Shown: piece by piece, positions 19,635 to 27,918 of the stretch
How positions within the stretch are numbered: position 1 is the stretch's first letter
Layout of the letters: each line of letters starts with the position of its first letter
Source: an uncultured Methylomirabilota bacterium
GTDB taxonomy: Bacteria; Methylomirabilota; Methylomirabilia; Methylomirabilales; 2-02-FULL-66-22
Length of the DNA: 64,000 nt
Reading direction: 5' to 3'
NCBI GenBank assembly: GCA_963845565.1
Contig: CAWJSJ010000002.1
Span: forward strand, 1,696,001 to 1,760,000
Program-made: the position numbers and the translations under genes
The notes under the pieces: generated by a model
What the model saw: the letters and a program-made list of their open reading frames with translations, nothing else
Told to the model about the DNA's origin: nothing
The model's database searches: none

Positions 19635-20570
19635 TCAGGCGGCCGCATGAATGCTAAGGACCGGACAAGGGGCGGTGCGGACGACCTGCTCCGCGGTGCT
19701 CCCCATGAGGAAATGGTCCAGCCCCGTCAGGCCCTTGGTGCCCATGACGATCAGGTCGACCGCGTGCGCCCTCGCAAAGCGGTTGATCTGGTGGAACGGC
19801 GGGCCGGCGACCACGACCACGGCGGTCCGCGGGGTCCCGTGGAGCACTCGCCGCACCTCGCGCTGCACGGTGTCCTCGGCGAACCGGATCATCTCGCCCC
19901 GCAGTTGTTCCAGTGGGGCGTGGGGGATATGGGAGCAGGCGACATCCCACGGATCGTAGACGGCATGCAGGACCGTCAGGTCGGCGTCGAATCTCTGCGC
20001 CATGGCGCCGGCGCTTTGCAGAACGTCCCGGTCCAAGGGGGAGAGGTCCACCGGACACAGGATGTGTCGGATGCGGACGGGCGCTGCGGCGTCCAGGCGC
20101 GGAGCCTGCCGCGGCTCGTGGGCGCGGACCTCTTCGGGGGAGGCGGTGAGGCTCCTGGCGCGCAGAAGCAGGACCGGGACCGGCGCGTGACGGGCCACGG
20201 TTTCCGCCACGCTGCCCAAGACCCAGCGCCGGAATCCGCTCCGGCCATGGGTGGACATGGCGATCAGGTCTATCCCGTTGGTGCGGGTGTGATCCAGGAT
20301 CTCCTCGGCGGCGTGGCCGTAGCGGACGACACCCTGGACCGTGAGTCCCTGAGCGGCGAGGCCCGCCTCGATCTTGGTCAGGTACCCCTGTGCGCTCTCG
20401 ACGGCGCGAACCTGAGCGTCCGCCGGGTTCGCGCCGGGGAGGTTGTGGGCCAGGACCACGCGCACGAGCACGACCTCGGCCTTCCGCAGGTTGGCCAACT
20501 CGACGACTTGGGGCAGGACCGACTCGGCCAGGGGCGATCCGTCCAGCGGAACCAGGATGCGCGACAACAT
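19635..20570 (-). CDS. Tandem universal stress protein
   Basis: Two USP domains (ILVPLDGS...MSTHGRSG...LGSVAE; ILCPVD...MGTKG...MGSTAEQVV). Confidence 0.92.
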   Translation of the reverse strand: MLSRILVPLDGSPLAESVLPQVVELANLRKAEVVLVRVVLAHNLPGANPADAQVRAVESAQGYLTKIEAGLAAQGLTVQGVVRYGHAAEEILDHTRTNGIDLIAMSTHGRSGFRRWVLGSVAETVARHAPVPVLLLRARSLTASPEEVRAHEPRQAPRLDAAAPVRIRHILCPVDLSPLDRDVLQSAGAMAQRFDADLTVLHAVYDPWDVACSHIPHAPLEQLRGEMIRFAEDTVQREVRRVLHGTPRTAVVVVAGPPFHQINRFARAHAVDLIVMGTKGLTGLDHFLMGSTAEQVVRTAPCPVLSIHAAA

Positions 20571-20592
20571 GGCATCCCCTCCTGCACCCCGT

Positions 20593-21057
20593 CTAGGGCA
20601 TCTCGAACCTCATGGCGGGATGCTTGACGGTCAGAACCGGGCAGGAGGCTTTGCGCACGACCTTCTCGGCCACGCTGCCGACGAGGGCGTGGGCCAAGCC
20701 GGTCCGCCCGTGGGTCGCCATGACGATCAGGTCGATCTCGTGTTTTCGAGCGTAATCTATGATCTCGTGAAAGTCCACCCCGATGCGCACCTCCCGATGG
20801 AATGTGAGGTGGCGGTCCTTGGCCCCTTCGACCAAGCGATCCAGGAACGTCTCGGCCTCGGCGGTGACCACCGCGGAGAATTTCGCGGGGTCGAAGTTCA
20901 TCGAGTACGCCTCGGTGAGCCGCGGCGGCGGAGCCACCACGTGGAGGACGTGCACGTCCGCGCCGAAGTCTTGCGCAAACTGCAGTGCGAACATCCAGGC
21001 GTGATCTGCGGATTCGGAAAAGTCAGTGGGGAACAGGATCCGTCGGATCGGCATCAT
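20593..21057 (-). CDS. Universal stress protein
   Basis: ILFPTDFS, MATHGRTG and GSVAEKVVRKASCPVL motifs. Confidence 0.93.
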   Translation of the reverse strand: MMPIRRILFPTDFSESADHAWMFALQFAQDFGADVHVLHVVAPPPRLTEAYSMNFDPAKFSAVVTAEAETFLDRLVEGAKDRHLTFHREVRIGVDFHEIIDYARKHEIDLIVMATHGRTGLAHALVGSVAEKVVRKASCPVLTVKHPAMRFEMP

Positions 21058-21090
21058 GGCGCCCTCCTTCCTCGGTGCGGCGCCCGCCGG

Positions 21091-21483
21091 TCAGAGCGAC
21101 ACGATAGCGCCCCGCCCGGCTAGCGCGGCGTGCACGGCGGCGATCAGCTCGGCCATTCGCAATGGCTTGCTGATGAACGCCGCCGCCCCCAGTTCCAGGG
21201 CTCGACTGTAACTGTGCCAGTCTCCGAAGGCGGTCACGATGATGACGGGGAGGGACGGATGAGTGCGGTGGACGGCCTCGAGCAGTTCCAGCCCCCCGTC
21301 GCAGGGCATGAGCATGTCCGTCACGACGAGGTCGAAGGTCTCGCGGTCGAATGCGATCAACGCCTGGTGCCCATCGCCGGAGACGGACACCCGGTAGCCC
21401 TCTTTTTCGAGGACTTTCCGTAGGAGGTCGCGCATCTCCGGATCATCTTCGACGATCAAGAGATGCTCGCCAGAACCTTTCAT
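21091..21483 (-). CDS. Single-domain response regulator
   Basis: IVEDD, VTDMLMP, TAFG and SKP motifs. Confidence 0.9.
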   Translation of the reverse strand: MKGSGEHLLIVEDDPEMRDLLRKVLEKEGYRVSVSGDGHQALIAFDRETFDLVVTDMLMPCDGGLELLEAVHRTHPSLPVIIVTAFGDWHSYSRALELGAAAFISKPLRMAELIAAVHAALAGRGAIVSL

Positions 21484-21527
21484 GGCCAGTATACCGTATT
21501 GGGTGTGACCCCCTCACGGATCGAGTT

Positions 21528-21543
21528 TGCATACCAGGTGCCA
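21528..21543 (-). promoter_or_regulatory. sigma54 -24/-12 promoter
   Basis: TGGCACCTGGTATGCA, GG-N10-GC, 45 nt upstream of ATG 21483. Confidence 0.7.
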
Positions 21544-21830
21544 TGCGGGGAGGGGGCCTTCTGATGGCCGGGCGAGACGGCCAAAACGCGACCGGCAACT
21601 CAACGCGAACAGAGACATGGGGTTCGGCGGCAAGAGGCCGGACGATCGGTGGAAGGGCAACCCCCGAGGATGGGGCGCCCTGCGCTTGGACGTCGGAGTG
21701 TCGCACTTCTGTGGGAGGCTGAGACCCTTTGTCTCAGGTCACGGACGTCACCGCCCGCCACCCGAGCGGACTCTGGACTCCGGGGGGACATCTCGAATGC
21801 CGCAGGCAGCCAACAGAGGAAGCGGGCAGC

Positions 21831-22373
21831 CTAGGAGGAGCCCACCAGGGCGAAACCCGCTTCCAGGGCGCGGCGATTCAGCTCCTCGGTGCCTTTCGGG
21901 ACGCGGGCCATGATGGCCCGCTCGATGGATTGGCGGGAGACGACCTTGGAAAGACCGACAATGGCGCCCAGCGATACGATGTTCGCCACCATGGCCTTTC
22001 CGACGGCTTCCTTCGCGGTCTCGATGATGGGAAGGAGATGCACGGCGAACGACCCGCGCGGTGGGGTCACGACCTTCGATGAATCCAGGATGACGATCCC
22101 GGACGAGCGCACCTCGCGGCCGTACTTGTCGGCGGCCGCTTGGGTCAACGCCAGGAGGAGGTCCACCGTCATGGCCTTGGGGTAGTCGATCTCTTCGTCG
22201 CTGATGATCACCTCGGCCTTGCTGGCGCCGCCCCGCGATTCCGGCCCGTACACCTGGGTCTGCGTCGCGTTCTTCCCGTCGTAGATGGCGGCGGCCTCGG
22301 CCAGAATCACGCCCGCCAGGACGATGCCCTGGCCGCCTTCCCCGGACAGCCGGATTTCGTAACGATAGCTCAT
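21831..22373 (-). CDS. korC: 2-oxoacid:ferredoxin oxidoreductase gamma subunit (Kor type)
   Basis: SGEGGQG, YGPESRGGAS and EIDYP motifs. Confidence 0.88.
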   Translation of the reverse strand: MSYRYEIRLSGEGGQGIVLAGVILAEAAAIYDGKNATQTQVYGPESRGGASKAEVIISDEEIDYPKAMTVDLLLALTQAAADKYGREVRSSGIVILDSSKVVTPPRGSFAVHLLPIIETAKEAVGKAMVANIVSLGAIVGLSKVVSRQSIERAIMARVPKGTEELNRRALEAGFALVGSS

Positions 22374-22455
22374 GAGGTCCCACTCCGATGTGCGGCGGGG
22401 CGTCCGGCGCTTCGAAACGGCCGGGTTGCCGCCGGTTCTCGCTCTGCACCCACGA

Positions 22456-23280
22456 TCAGGCGGTTGCCCCGGCTTTGGCTCGGGCGCGGGTGATGAGGGT
22501 CTCGTACTGGGCCACGTACTCCTGCCGGTCGGATTCGTGGAGCAGGCCGGTCAGGATCTTTCCTTCCAGTTGTTCCGCGGTCATGCGTTCCGCCGCCTTG
22601 GTGTTCACCGTGTTGCTCTTCTCCCACTGGAGCAGGTCGAGCAAGCCGATCTTGTTGGGGCGGCCGTAATAGGTGTTGCAATTCTCCAGGATCTCGACCA
22701 GGGCAAAGCCCTTGTGCTTGATGCCCGCCTCGATCAGGCGATCGAGCTGTTGCGTGTGATAGGAGGTACCGCGGGCGACATAGGTGGCGCCGGCGGCGAT
22801 GGCGAGCCGGCAGGCGTCGAACGGCGGATCGATGCTCCCCTGCCGGGCCGTGCTGGCCACCTTGCCGGTCGGCGTGGTGGGGGCGAGCTGTCCGCCCGTC
22901 ATGCCGTACGTCGCGTTATTGAACAGCAGGATGGTCAGATCCATGTTGCGCCGGGCGGCGTGGATGAAGTGATTGCCGCCGATCGCCAGCGCGTCGCCAT
23001 CGCCCGTCACCACGATCACCGAAAGCGACGGCTTGGCCAGCTTCACCCCTGTGGCAAACGCGATGGGGCGGCCGTGGGTCGTGTGCAGGGTGTTGAAGTC
23101 CACGTACCCCGTCAGCCGGCTGGAGCAGCCGATCCCCGAGACCATGCAGACGTCATCCTTCTGCAGGCCCAGCCGGTCGATGGCCCGGATCAGGCTCTTC
23201 ATCACGATCCCGCATCCGCAACCAGGGCACCAGATGTGGGGAAACATCTCCAGCCGAAGGTATTTGTCGTAGTCGAACAC
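22456..23280 (-). CDS. korB: 2-oxoacid:ferredoxin oxidoreductase beta subunit (Kor type)
   Basis: WCPGCG, SGIGCS, HTTHGR, GDGD, GGNHFIHAARRN and YGMTGGQ motifs. Confidence 0.92.
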   Translation of the reverse strand: MFDYDKYLRLEMFPHIWCPGCGCGIVMKSLIRAIDRLGLQKDDVCMVSGIGCSSRLTGYVDFNTLHTTHGRPIAFATGVKLAKPSLSVIVVTGDGDALAIGGNHFIHAARRNMDLTILLFNNATYGMTGGQLAPTTPTGKVASTARQGSIDPPFDACRLAIAAGATYVARGTSYHTQQLDRLIEAGIKHKGFALVEILENCNTYYGRPNKIGLLDLLQWEKSNTVNTKAAERMTAEQLEGKILTGLLHESDRQEYVAQYETLITRARAKAGATA

Positions 23281-23304
23281 GCGGGTCCTCCTGCCCGGGC
23301 GGGT

Positions 23305-24465
23305 TCAGCTCCGGGCCAGTTCCTCGATCTTCTCCAGGATCTGCTCGGGCGGAATGGGCTCCCCGGTCACCCGGTTCACGCGGTGGACCGGACAGAGTCC
23401 GTGCGCCACCCGCTCGACCTCTTGCGCGATCTGGCCCAGGTTCATCTCGACCACCAAGATGTGTCGCATGCGCTTGGCGAGGTCCTCCACGGGGCCCTCG
23501 GGGAAGGGCCAGATGGTCACGGGTCGGAGAAGCCCGACCGGGATCCCTTTGGCGCGCGCCAGGCGGACGGCCGCCTTGGCGGACCGGGCAGACGATCCGT
23601 ACGCCACGATGCCCAGACGGGCGTCCTTCAGGGCCAGGGAGAGTTGCTCGTATTTCTGGATCTCGTGGAGTCCCATCTCGATCTTTCGCATCAAGCGCCG
23701 CTGCAGGCCATCCACGATATCCGGGCTATCCTTGGGCAAGCCCCGCGCGTCGTGGTAGAGCCCGGTCACGTGGTACCGATACCCGGTGCCGAAGTCCGCC
23801 ATGGGCGGCACACCGGAGGGGGTCTCGCCGTAGGGCAGATACTGGTCCGGTGGGACAGTCGGGCGCGGTCGCTCCCAGAGTGTGATCTCGCTCGGGTCCG
23901 GGATGACGATCCGCTCCCGCATGTGGGCGATGATCTCGTCCACCAAGAGCGTCACGGGGATCCGGTAGCGCTCGGAGATGTTGAAGGCGCGGACGGTCTC
24001 GTCGTAGACCTCGCGCACCGAAGCGGGGACCAGGGCCACCGCGGGATGGTCGCCGTGGGTTCCCCAGCGCGCCTGCATGACGTCTGCCTGGGCCGGCATG
24101 GTGGGCAGGCCCGTGCTGGGCCCCCCGCGCATGACGTTCACGATCACGCAGGGGATCTCGGCCATGATGGCGTAGCCGATGTTCTCCTGCTTGAGCGAGT
24201 AGCCGGGGCCGCTGGTTGCGGTCATCGCCTTGGCCCCCGTCATGGCTGCGCCCAGGATACAGCCCATGGCGGCGATCTCGTCCTCCATCTGGATGAATCG
24301 ACCGCCGACCTGCGGCATCCGGACCGACATGTGCTCGGCGATTTCGGACGAGGGGGAGATGGGGTAGCCGCCAAAAAACCGGCACCCGGCGGCGATGGCC
24401 GCCTCGGCGCAGGCCTCGTTTCCCTGGAGCAACTTGACGACGGGAGACTTCGGTTGGGTGCTCAC
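23305..24465 (-). CDS. korA: 2-oxoacid:ferredoxin oxidoreductase alpha subunit (Kor type)
   Basis: GYPISPSSE, QMEDEIA, TATSGPG, RGGPSTG and RWGTHGDH motifs. Confidence 0.92.
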   Translation of the reverse strand: MSTQPKSPVVKLLQGNEACAEAAIAAGCRFFGGYPISPSSEIAEHMSVRMPQVGGRFIQMEDEIAAMGCILGAAMTGAKAMTATSGPGYSLKQENIGYAIMAEIPCVIVNVMRGGPSTGLPTMPAQADVMQARWGTHGDHPAVALVPASVREVYDETVRAFNISERYRIPVTLLVDEIIAHMRERIVIPDPSEITLWERPRPTVPPDQYLPYGETPSGVPPMADFGTGYRYHVTGLYHDARGLPKDSPDIVDGLQRRLMRKIEMGLHEIQKYEQLSLALKDARLGIVAYGSSARSAKAAVRLARAKGIPVGLLRPVTIWPFPEGPVEDLAKRMRHILVVEMNLGQIAQEVERVAHGLCPVHRVNRVTGEPIPPEQILEKIEELARS

Positions 24466-24552
24466 GCTGTCTCACCTCGGGTGGCGGGCCGTCACAGCGC
24501 GCCGACAGCGCGCAAGTCGACGGGCGATCCGGCCGCCCAGTTTGCGAAAGGG

Positions 24553-24655
24553 TTAGGAGCCGTTACGAAATAACTTGTCCATTTCTTGATTTCGTTACGG
24601 CTCCTTACGCCGTTTCCGAAATTTCTCCCGTCAATTAATTCTTTGACAACGCTTA
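24553..24655 (+). repeat. Repeat family A copy 3 (loop variant)
   Basis: Same stems, different loops. Terminal TTA is the TAA stop of the ferredoxin gene; sits inside the kor operon. Confidence 0.88.
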
Positions 24656-24946
24656 GCTGTCGGACTTCCCGGGTTCCCCGTGCACCACGATGGCGAAATC
24701 GGGGCACAGTTGTTCGCAGCGAAGGCACTTGGTGCACGCCTCGAGTGCCTTGACCTCCACCTTGTCCAGCGGGGTCATCTGCAGCACGTCCTTGGGGCAG
24801 AACTCGACGCAGATCGCACAGCCCTTGCACCAGTTGTCGTTGATCTCGATGGTGACGCCCGCGCTGACGTAGCTCTTGGTGGCTTGCCGGGCAGCCTCCA
24901 GTACGTCCTCGCGGCTGCGAAGCTTGGTGATCGTGGCCATCGTCAC
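24653..24946 (-). CDS. korD: 2x[4Fe-4S] ferredoxin-like delta subunit
   Basis: CKGCAICVEFCP and CTKCLRCEQLCPDFAI motifs. Confidence 0.88.
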   Translation of the reverse strand: MTMATITKLRSREDVLEAARQATKSYVSAGVTIEINDNWCKGCAICVEFCPKDVLQMTPLDKVEVKALEACTKCLRCEQLCPDFAIVVHGEPGKSDS

Positions 24947-25026
24947 GGGCCTTTCTCGTGAATTGAGCCGACCGAGTCATCATCGAGCCGGCGGATAGAG
25001 GTTGCAGGATCAGCTTTGAAGAACAG

Positions 25027-25042
25027 AGCAATGAGTGTGCCA
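25027..25042 (-). promoter_or_regulatory. sigma54 -24/-12 promoter of kor operon
   Basis: TGGCACACTCATTGCT, a consensus match. Confidence 0.8.
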
Positions 25043-25345
25043 CGAGAAGAGCCACGCAAGAGAAATAGCCATTCGTCGTTGACCTGTTATCCCATTGAAT
25101 TCATGGGGGATTGCTGTTAAGACAGAAATAGTCTCGATCGGTCGGCAGCGCTTCCCCCGGTTTTCCTTCTTGTCTCGGTAGGATTCCGGACCCATCTCTG
25201 TGGCATATGGCGCAGGGATCTCAGGAAGAGTAAAACAGGAGTGCGCGGGAGGTATTTTGTGGCGGGCCGGGAGCCACGCGTGTGAGGACGGATGGGAAAT
25301 CGCCTGTTCGCCCGGCACGCCTTTGCTGGGAGGGAGCGCATAACG

Positions 25346-25377
25346 AAAAGCGGGGACCCGCAACGCGGGCCCCCGCT
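25346..25377 (-). terminator. Intrinsic terminator after rhodanese
   Basis: Minus strand AGCGGGGGCCCGC-GTT-GCGGGTCCCCGCT followed by TTT. Confidence 0.65.
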
Positions 25378-25404
25378 CGAGCGGCAGGCGGCGAGATGTC
25401 GTCG

Positions 25405-25860
25405 CTACTTCTGGACCGGATACCCGGCCTTTTCCCAGCCGGCAACGTAGCCCGCAGCCAGATGCTTCACGTTGGTGTAGCCCTTGAAGCTCAAGGCCTC
25501 GGCAACGTAGCCCGACCGAACGGCCGACGCACAGACGACCACGATCTGCGCGTTCTTGTCCTGGGGGAGCTTGGCCAGGCTCTTGGGCACCTCGCGCACC
25601 GGAACGTTGAGGGCTCCTTCGATCCGGCCCCCCGCGAACTCGTTCGGCTCGCGCACGTCGAGCAGGAAGACCTGCTCGCCGGAGTCCAGCTTGGCCTTCA
25701 GGGCATCGCCCCGGATCCCGTTGAATCCTTGCGGAAGAGTCTCAAGGTACTTGGCGGCCTCCTCCCAGGCGGCGCCGTTTTCGGTGGCGCCGGAGGTGGT
25801 GACCCCCGCGGCCACGACCAGGATCGCGGCCAAAAGGACGAAAGACAGTTTCCGAATCAT
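25405..25860 (-). CDS. Secreted single-domain rhodanese (sulfurtransferase)
   Basis: Signal peptide MIRKLSFVLLAAILVVAAG, LLDVREPNEF, active-site loop CASAVRS, GWEKAGYPV; AAGGAG RBS. Confidence 0.88.
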   Translation of the reverse strand: MIRKLSFVLLAAILVVAAGVTTSGATENGAAWEEAAKYLETLPQGFNGIRGDALKAKLDSGEQVFLLDVREPNEFAGGRIEGALNVPVREVPKSLAKLPQDKNAQIVVVCASAVRSGYVAEALSFKGYTNVKHLAAGYVAGWEKAGYPVQK

Positions 25861-26014
25861 CAGGCGTCTCTCCTTTCTTGATACATGTTCATGCCGCACA
25901 GCGCGTCCCATCCGGAACACCCTCCTCTGCGCGAAAGCGCCGGTCTCTTGCCGGCGCGGTTACAAGGTAAAGTCCGTAGCCGATACCTTCAAGCGAATTC
26001 TTCACCACGGCCCG

Positions 26015-27304
26015 CTACCGACGGGGCGGGATGGTCGGAACGGCGACCTTGCTGTTGGCCGCGGCCTCCGTCGGGTTGAGATCGCCCGGCTTCAGGAAGA
26101 TCCGCGCATTCCCATGACAATTGTTGCAACTCGCCGTGCGCGGCGTCTTCCGCTGGATGTTGTGAGGGACGGTGTCCTTCCAGGTCGGGACCGCGTCGTA
26201 GTTCGGCAATGCGTCCTTCACCTTTGCGTCCAGCATCGTCCGGACGGTCGGCGTGTGCCGGAGCAGGGTGTACTGATAGGGGGAGCCAGGGTGAGCGGTC
26301 TTGCCGATCTTGAACTGGAGCGAGGATTTCGCCCCCGTACCCAAGTGGCAATTTTCGCAGCCCCGATACACGGTCGAATGGCATACCACGCAGTTGATCT
26401 TGTCGCCGTGGACCGCGTGCTGCTCGATGGACGATCCGGCCGCCTTGGCGTTGGGGTGGCAACCCAGACAGGACGGCTTGCTCTTGACTGCATGCCGGTT
26501 CGGATAGGCGGTGCCATCCCCGTGGAGCTGGGTGGCCGGATGGCAGGCCACGCAATCCATCTTGGCTTTCTGCCAGTGGATGTCCGGCGGGAAGCCTTCG
26601 TTCTTCCCGGTGTATTCGGGGAATACTCGGCCGCCGTGGCAGGTCCCGCAGGCGTCCTCCATCGGGGGTCGCTTCGCAAAGAGGTGCCCATCCATCAGGC
26701 CGCCGCGCGCCGACTTCGCCTTGCTGACGTGGCAGTCGCCGCAGCTCGCATGGCAACCCTGACAGGCCTGCTTGAACACGGGTTGGACGTCCGGCCAGCG
26801 GTGGGCCGAGACCAGCTTGAGGAAATTCTCGTCACCACGCACGGTGAAGTGCAGGCTGGTCTTGACGTTCGCCACCTCCTTCTCGTGGCAGGCGGCGCAG
26901 GCGGAATCCGGGTCTCGCGAGGGGCGCGCCACCAGGCCCTTGTGCGCGGCCTCCTTGCCCCCGGCCTTGGGATCGCCCTTGTGGCACGTCTCGCAGCCAT
27001 CCATGGCATGCGTGCTGGTCAGGAACGCCGGCTTCACCAGGTAGCGCTGGTACGGTTCCCCCGACGGGGGCGGAGGCCCGCTTCACCCTTCGCCTTCTTC
27101 GGTGGACGGGGGATCGGGCGGGGTGAGCGGTTTCAGTTTGGCCGCGTCGGTGTGGCAGGCGACGCATTGCGAGGGGGCCGAATCGGCCGCGTCGATCGAA
27201 CCGATCCCGCCCAGGACAAGTAGGCCGGCGAAGAGGAGGATGAGAATGATGACGGCACGCTGCCGCCCCAGGGGAGGGCACGCATCGATTCCGTGTGGGT
27301 TCAT
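26015..27304 (-). CDS. Periplasmic multiheme cytochrome c (11 CxxCH), probable selenoprotein (Sec74 at TGA 27083-27085)
   Basis: ORFs 27083-27304 and 26015-27037 are in the same frame, joined by EEGEG-TGA-SGPPPPSGEPYQRYLV. Signal peptide is only in the upstream part. Hairpin lies 12 nt after the TGA. Confidence 0.8.
27058..27082 (-). promoter_or_regulatory. Candidate bacterial SECIS for cytochrome Sec codon
   Basis: UGA-AGCGGGCCUCCG-CCCCC-GUC-GGGGG; loop starts with GU, 17 nt after UGA. Confidence 0.6.
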
Positions 27305-27391
27305 GAAGATGACTCCACGTTTGAGGACGCCTCGGACCCGGCCGCGAGACCCCGCCGAGGGTGCAGTCTCATTTGAACTGTTGTGGAATAC

Positions 27392-27407
27392 AGCAAAACA
27401 TGTTCCA
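27392..27407 (-). promoter_or_regulatory. sigma54 -24/-12 promoter of cytochrome-rhodanese operon
   Basis: TGGAACATGTTTTGCT, GG-N10-GC, ~90 nt upstream of ATG 27304. Confidence 0.7.
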
Positions 27408-27495
27408 TCACCGTTCGAATGCGCACGCGTTTCCGTAACCTCTTGTCAATGCAAGGTTAATCGTTACTCAGCGGCCGATGCCAGGCAAACCATCG

Positions 27496-27602
27496 GTGTT
27501 GCATGCAACACGAATACGGACACAAATTATCGACAGATAGTCTGAAGCACTCTCAAAATCAGTTAAATAGATCCACTCGATAAGGTGCAACAGGCGTTGC
27601 AC
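27496..27602. promoter_or_regulatory. Candidate enhancer (UAS) palindromes
   Basis: Perfect GTGTTGCATGCAACAC (27496-27511) and GTGCAAC-AGGC-GTTGCAC (27585-27602). Confidence 0.55.
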
Positions 27603-27672
27603 GGGAACATTGATCAGACCGGAGAGCAGATGGTGAGAGACGGGGATGACGCTCTGGCGTGATCCATCGCGA

Positions 27673-27699
27673 GGGGCCGACCGACCCCGGACGTCAGTG
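27673..27699 (-). promoter_or_regulatory. Candidate bacterial SECIS for small zinc-ribbon protein
   Basis: UGA-CACUGACGUCC (11 nt)-GGGGUC-GGUC-GGCCCC. Confidence 0.6.
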
Positions 27700-27897
27700 T
27701 CACCCGCAGTCCGACCACGAAGGATCCCAAGGGATGATCTCGTCGGGGGGGTGGGTCGCTTGCCCTTCTCCTCGAGGGTCCGGGTAGATCAGCGTCAGGC
27801 CGCAGAGCGGGCACCGGACGTCGAGTTGGTTCGGGTTCTCGGCCGATATCAGGAATGCGCGCTGGCAGGCGCGACACGTCACGGTGGTTTGCAGCAT
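27694..27897 (-). CDS. Small zinc-ribbon protein, probable C-terminal C-G-U-H selenoprotein (65 aa if TGA 27700-27702 is stop, 67 aa if Sec)
   Basis: GGGAG RBS; CRAC...CPLC; ends WSDCG-TGA-CAC-TGA; starts 21 nt after the activator stop. Confidence 0.65.
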
Positions 27898-27918
27898 GCA
27901 AGTTCTCCCGGAATCCGC

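Noticed and set aside
23278..23307. korA TGA is in frame with korB
   Set aside because: Strong AGGAGG RBS before the korB GTG; both are complete standard subunits.
22372..24573. Long antisense or alternate-frame ORFs (also 17198-18817, 30905-32755, 48771-50693, 53817-55544)
   Set aside because: Shadow ORFs of GC-rich real genes; no recognisable motifs.
27468..27483. TGGCAT box as a sigma54 promoter
   Set aside because: No GC at the -12 position (GG-N10-TG); the 27392-27407 box fits.
27484..27526. GGCAAACC...GGACACAAA resembling a c-di-GMP-I riboswitch
   Set aside because: It is antisense to the operon, lacks the GAAA tetraloop and P2 arm, and is better explained by the DNA palindrome.
27694..27696. 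Second TGA of the zinc-ribbon ORF as another Sec
   Set aside because: Only 5 nt from the hairpin, and the following frame runs into regulatory DNA; treated as the stop.
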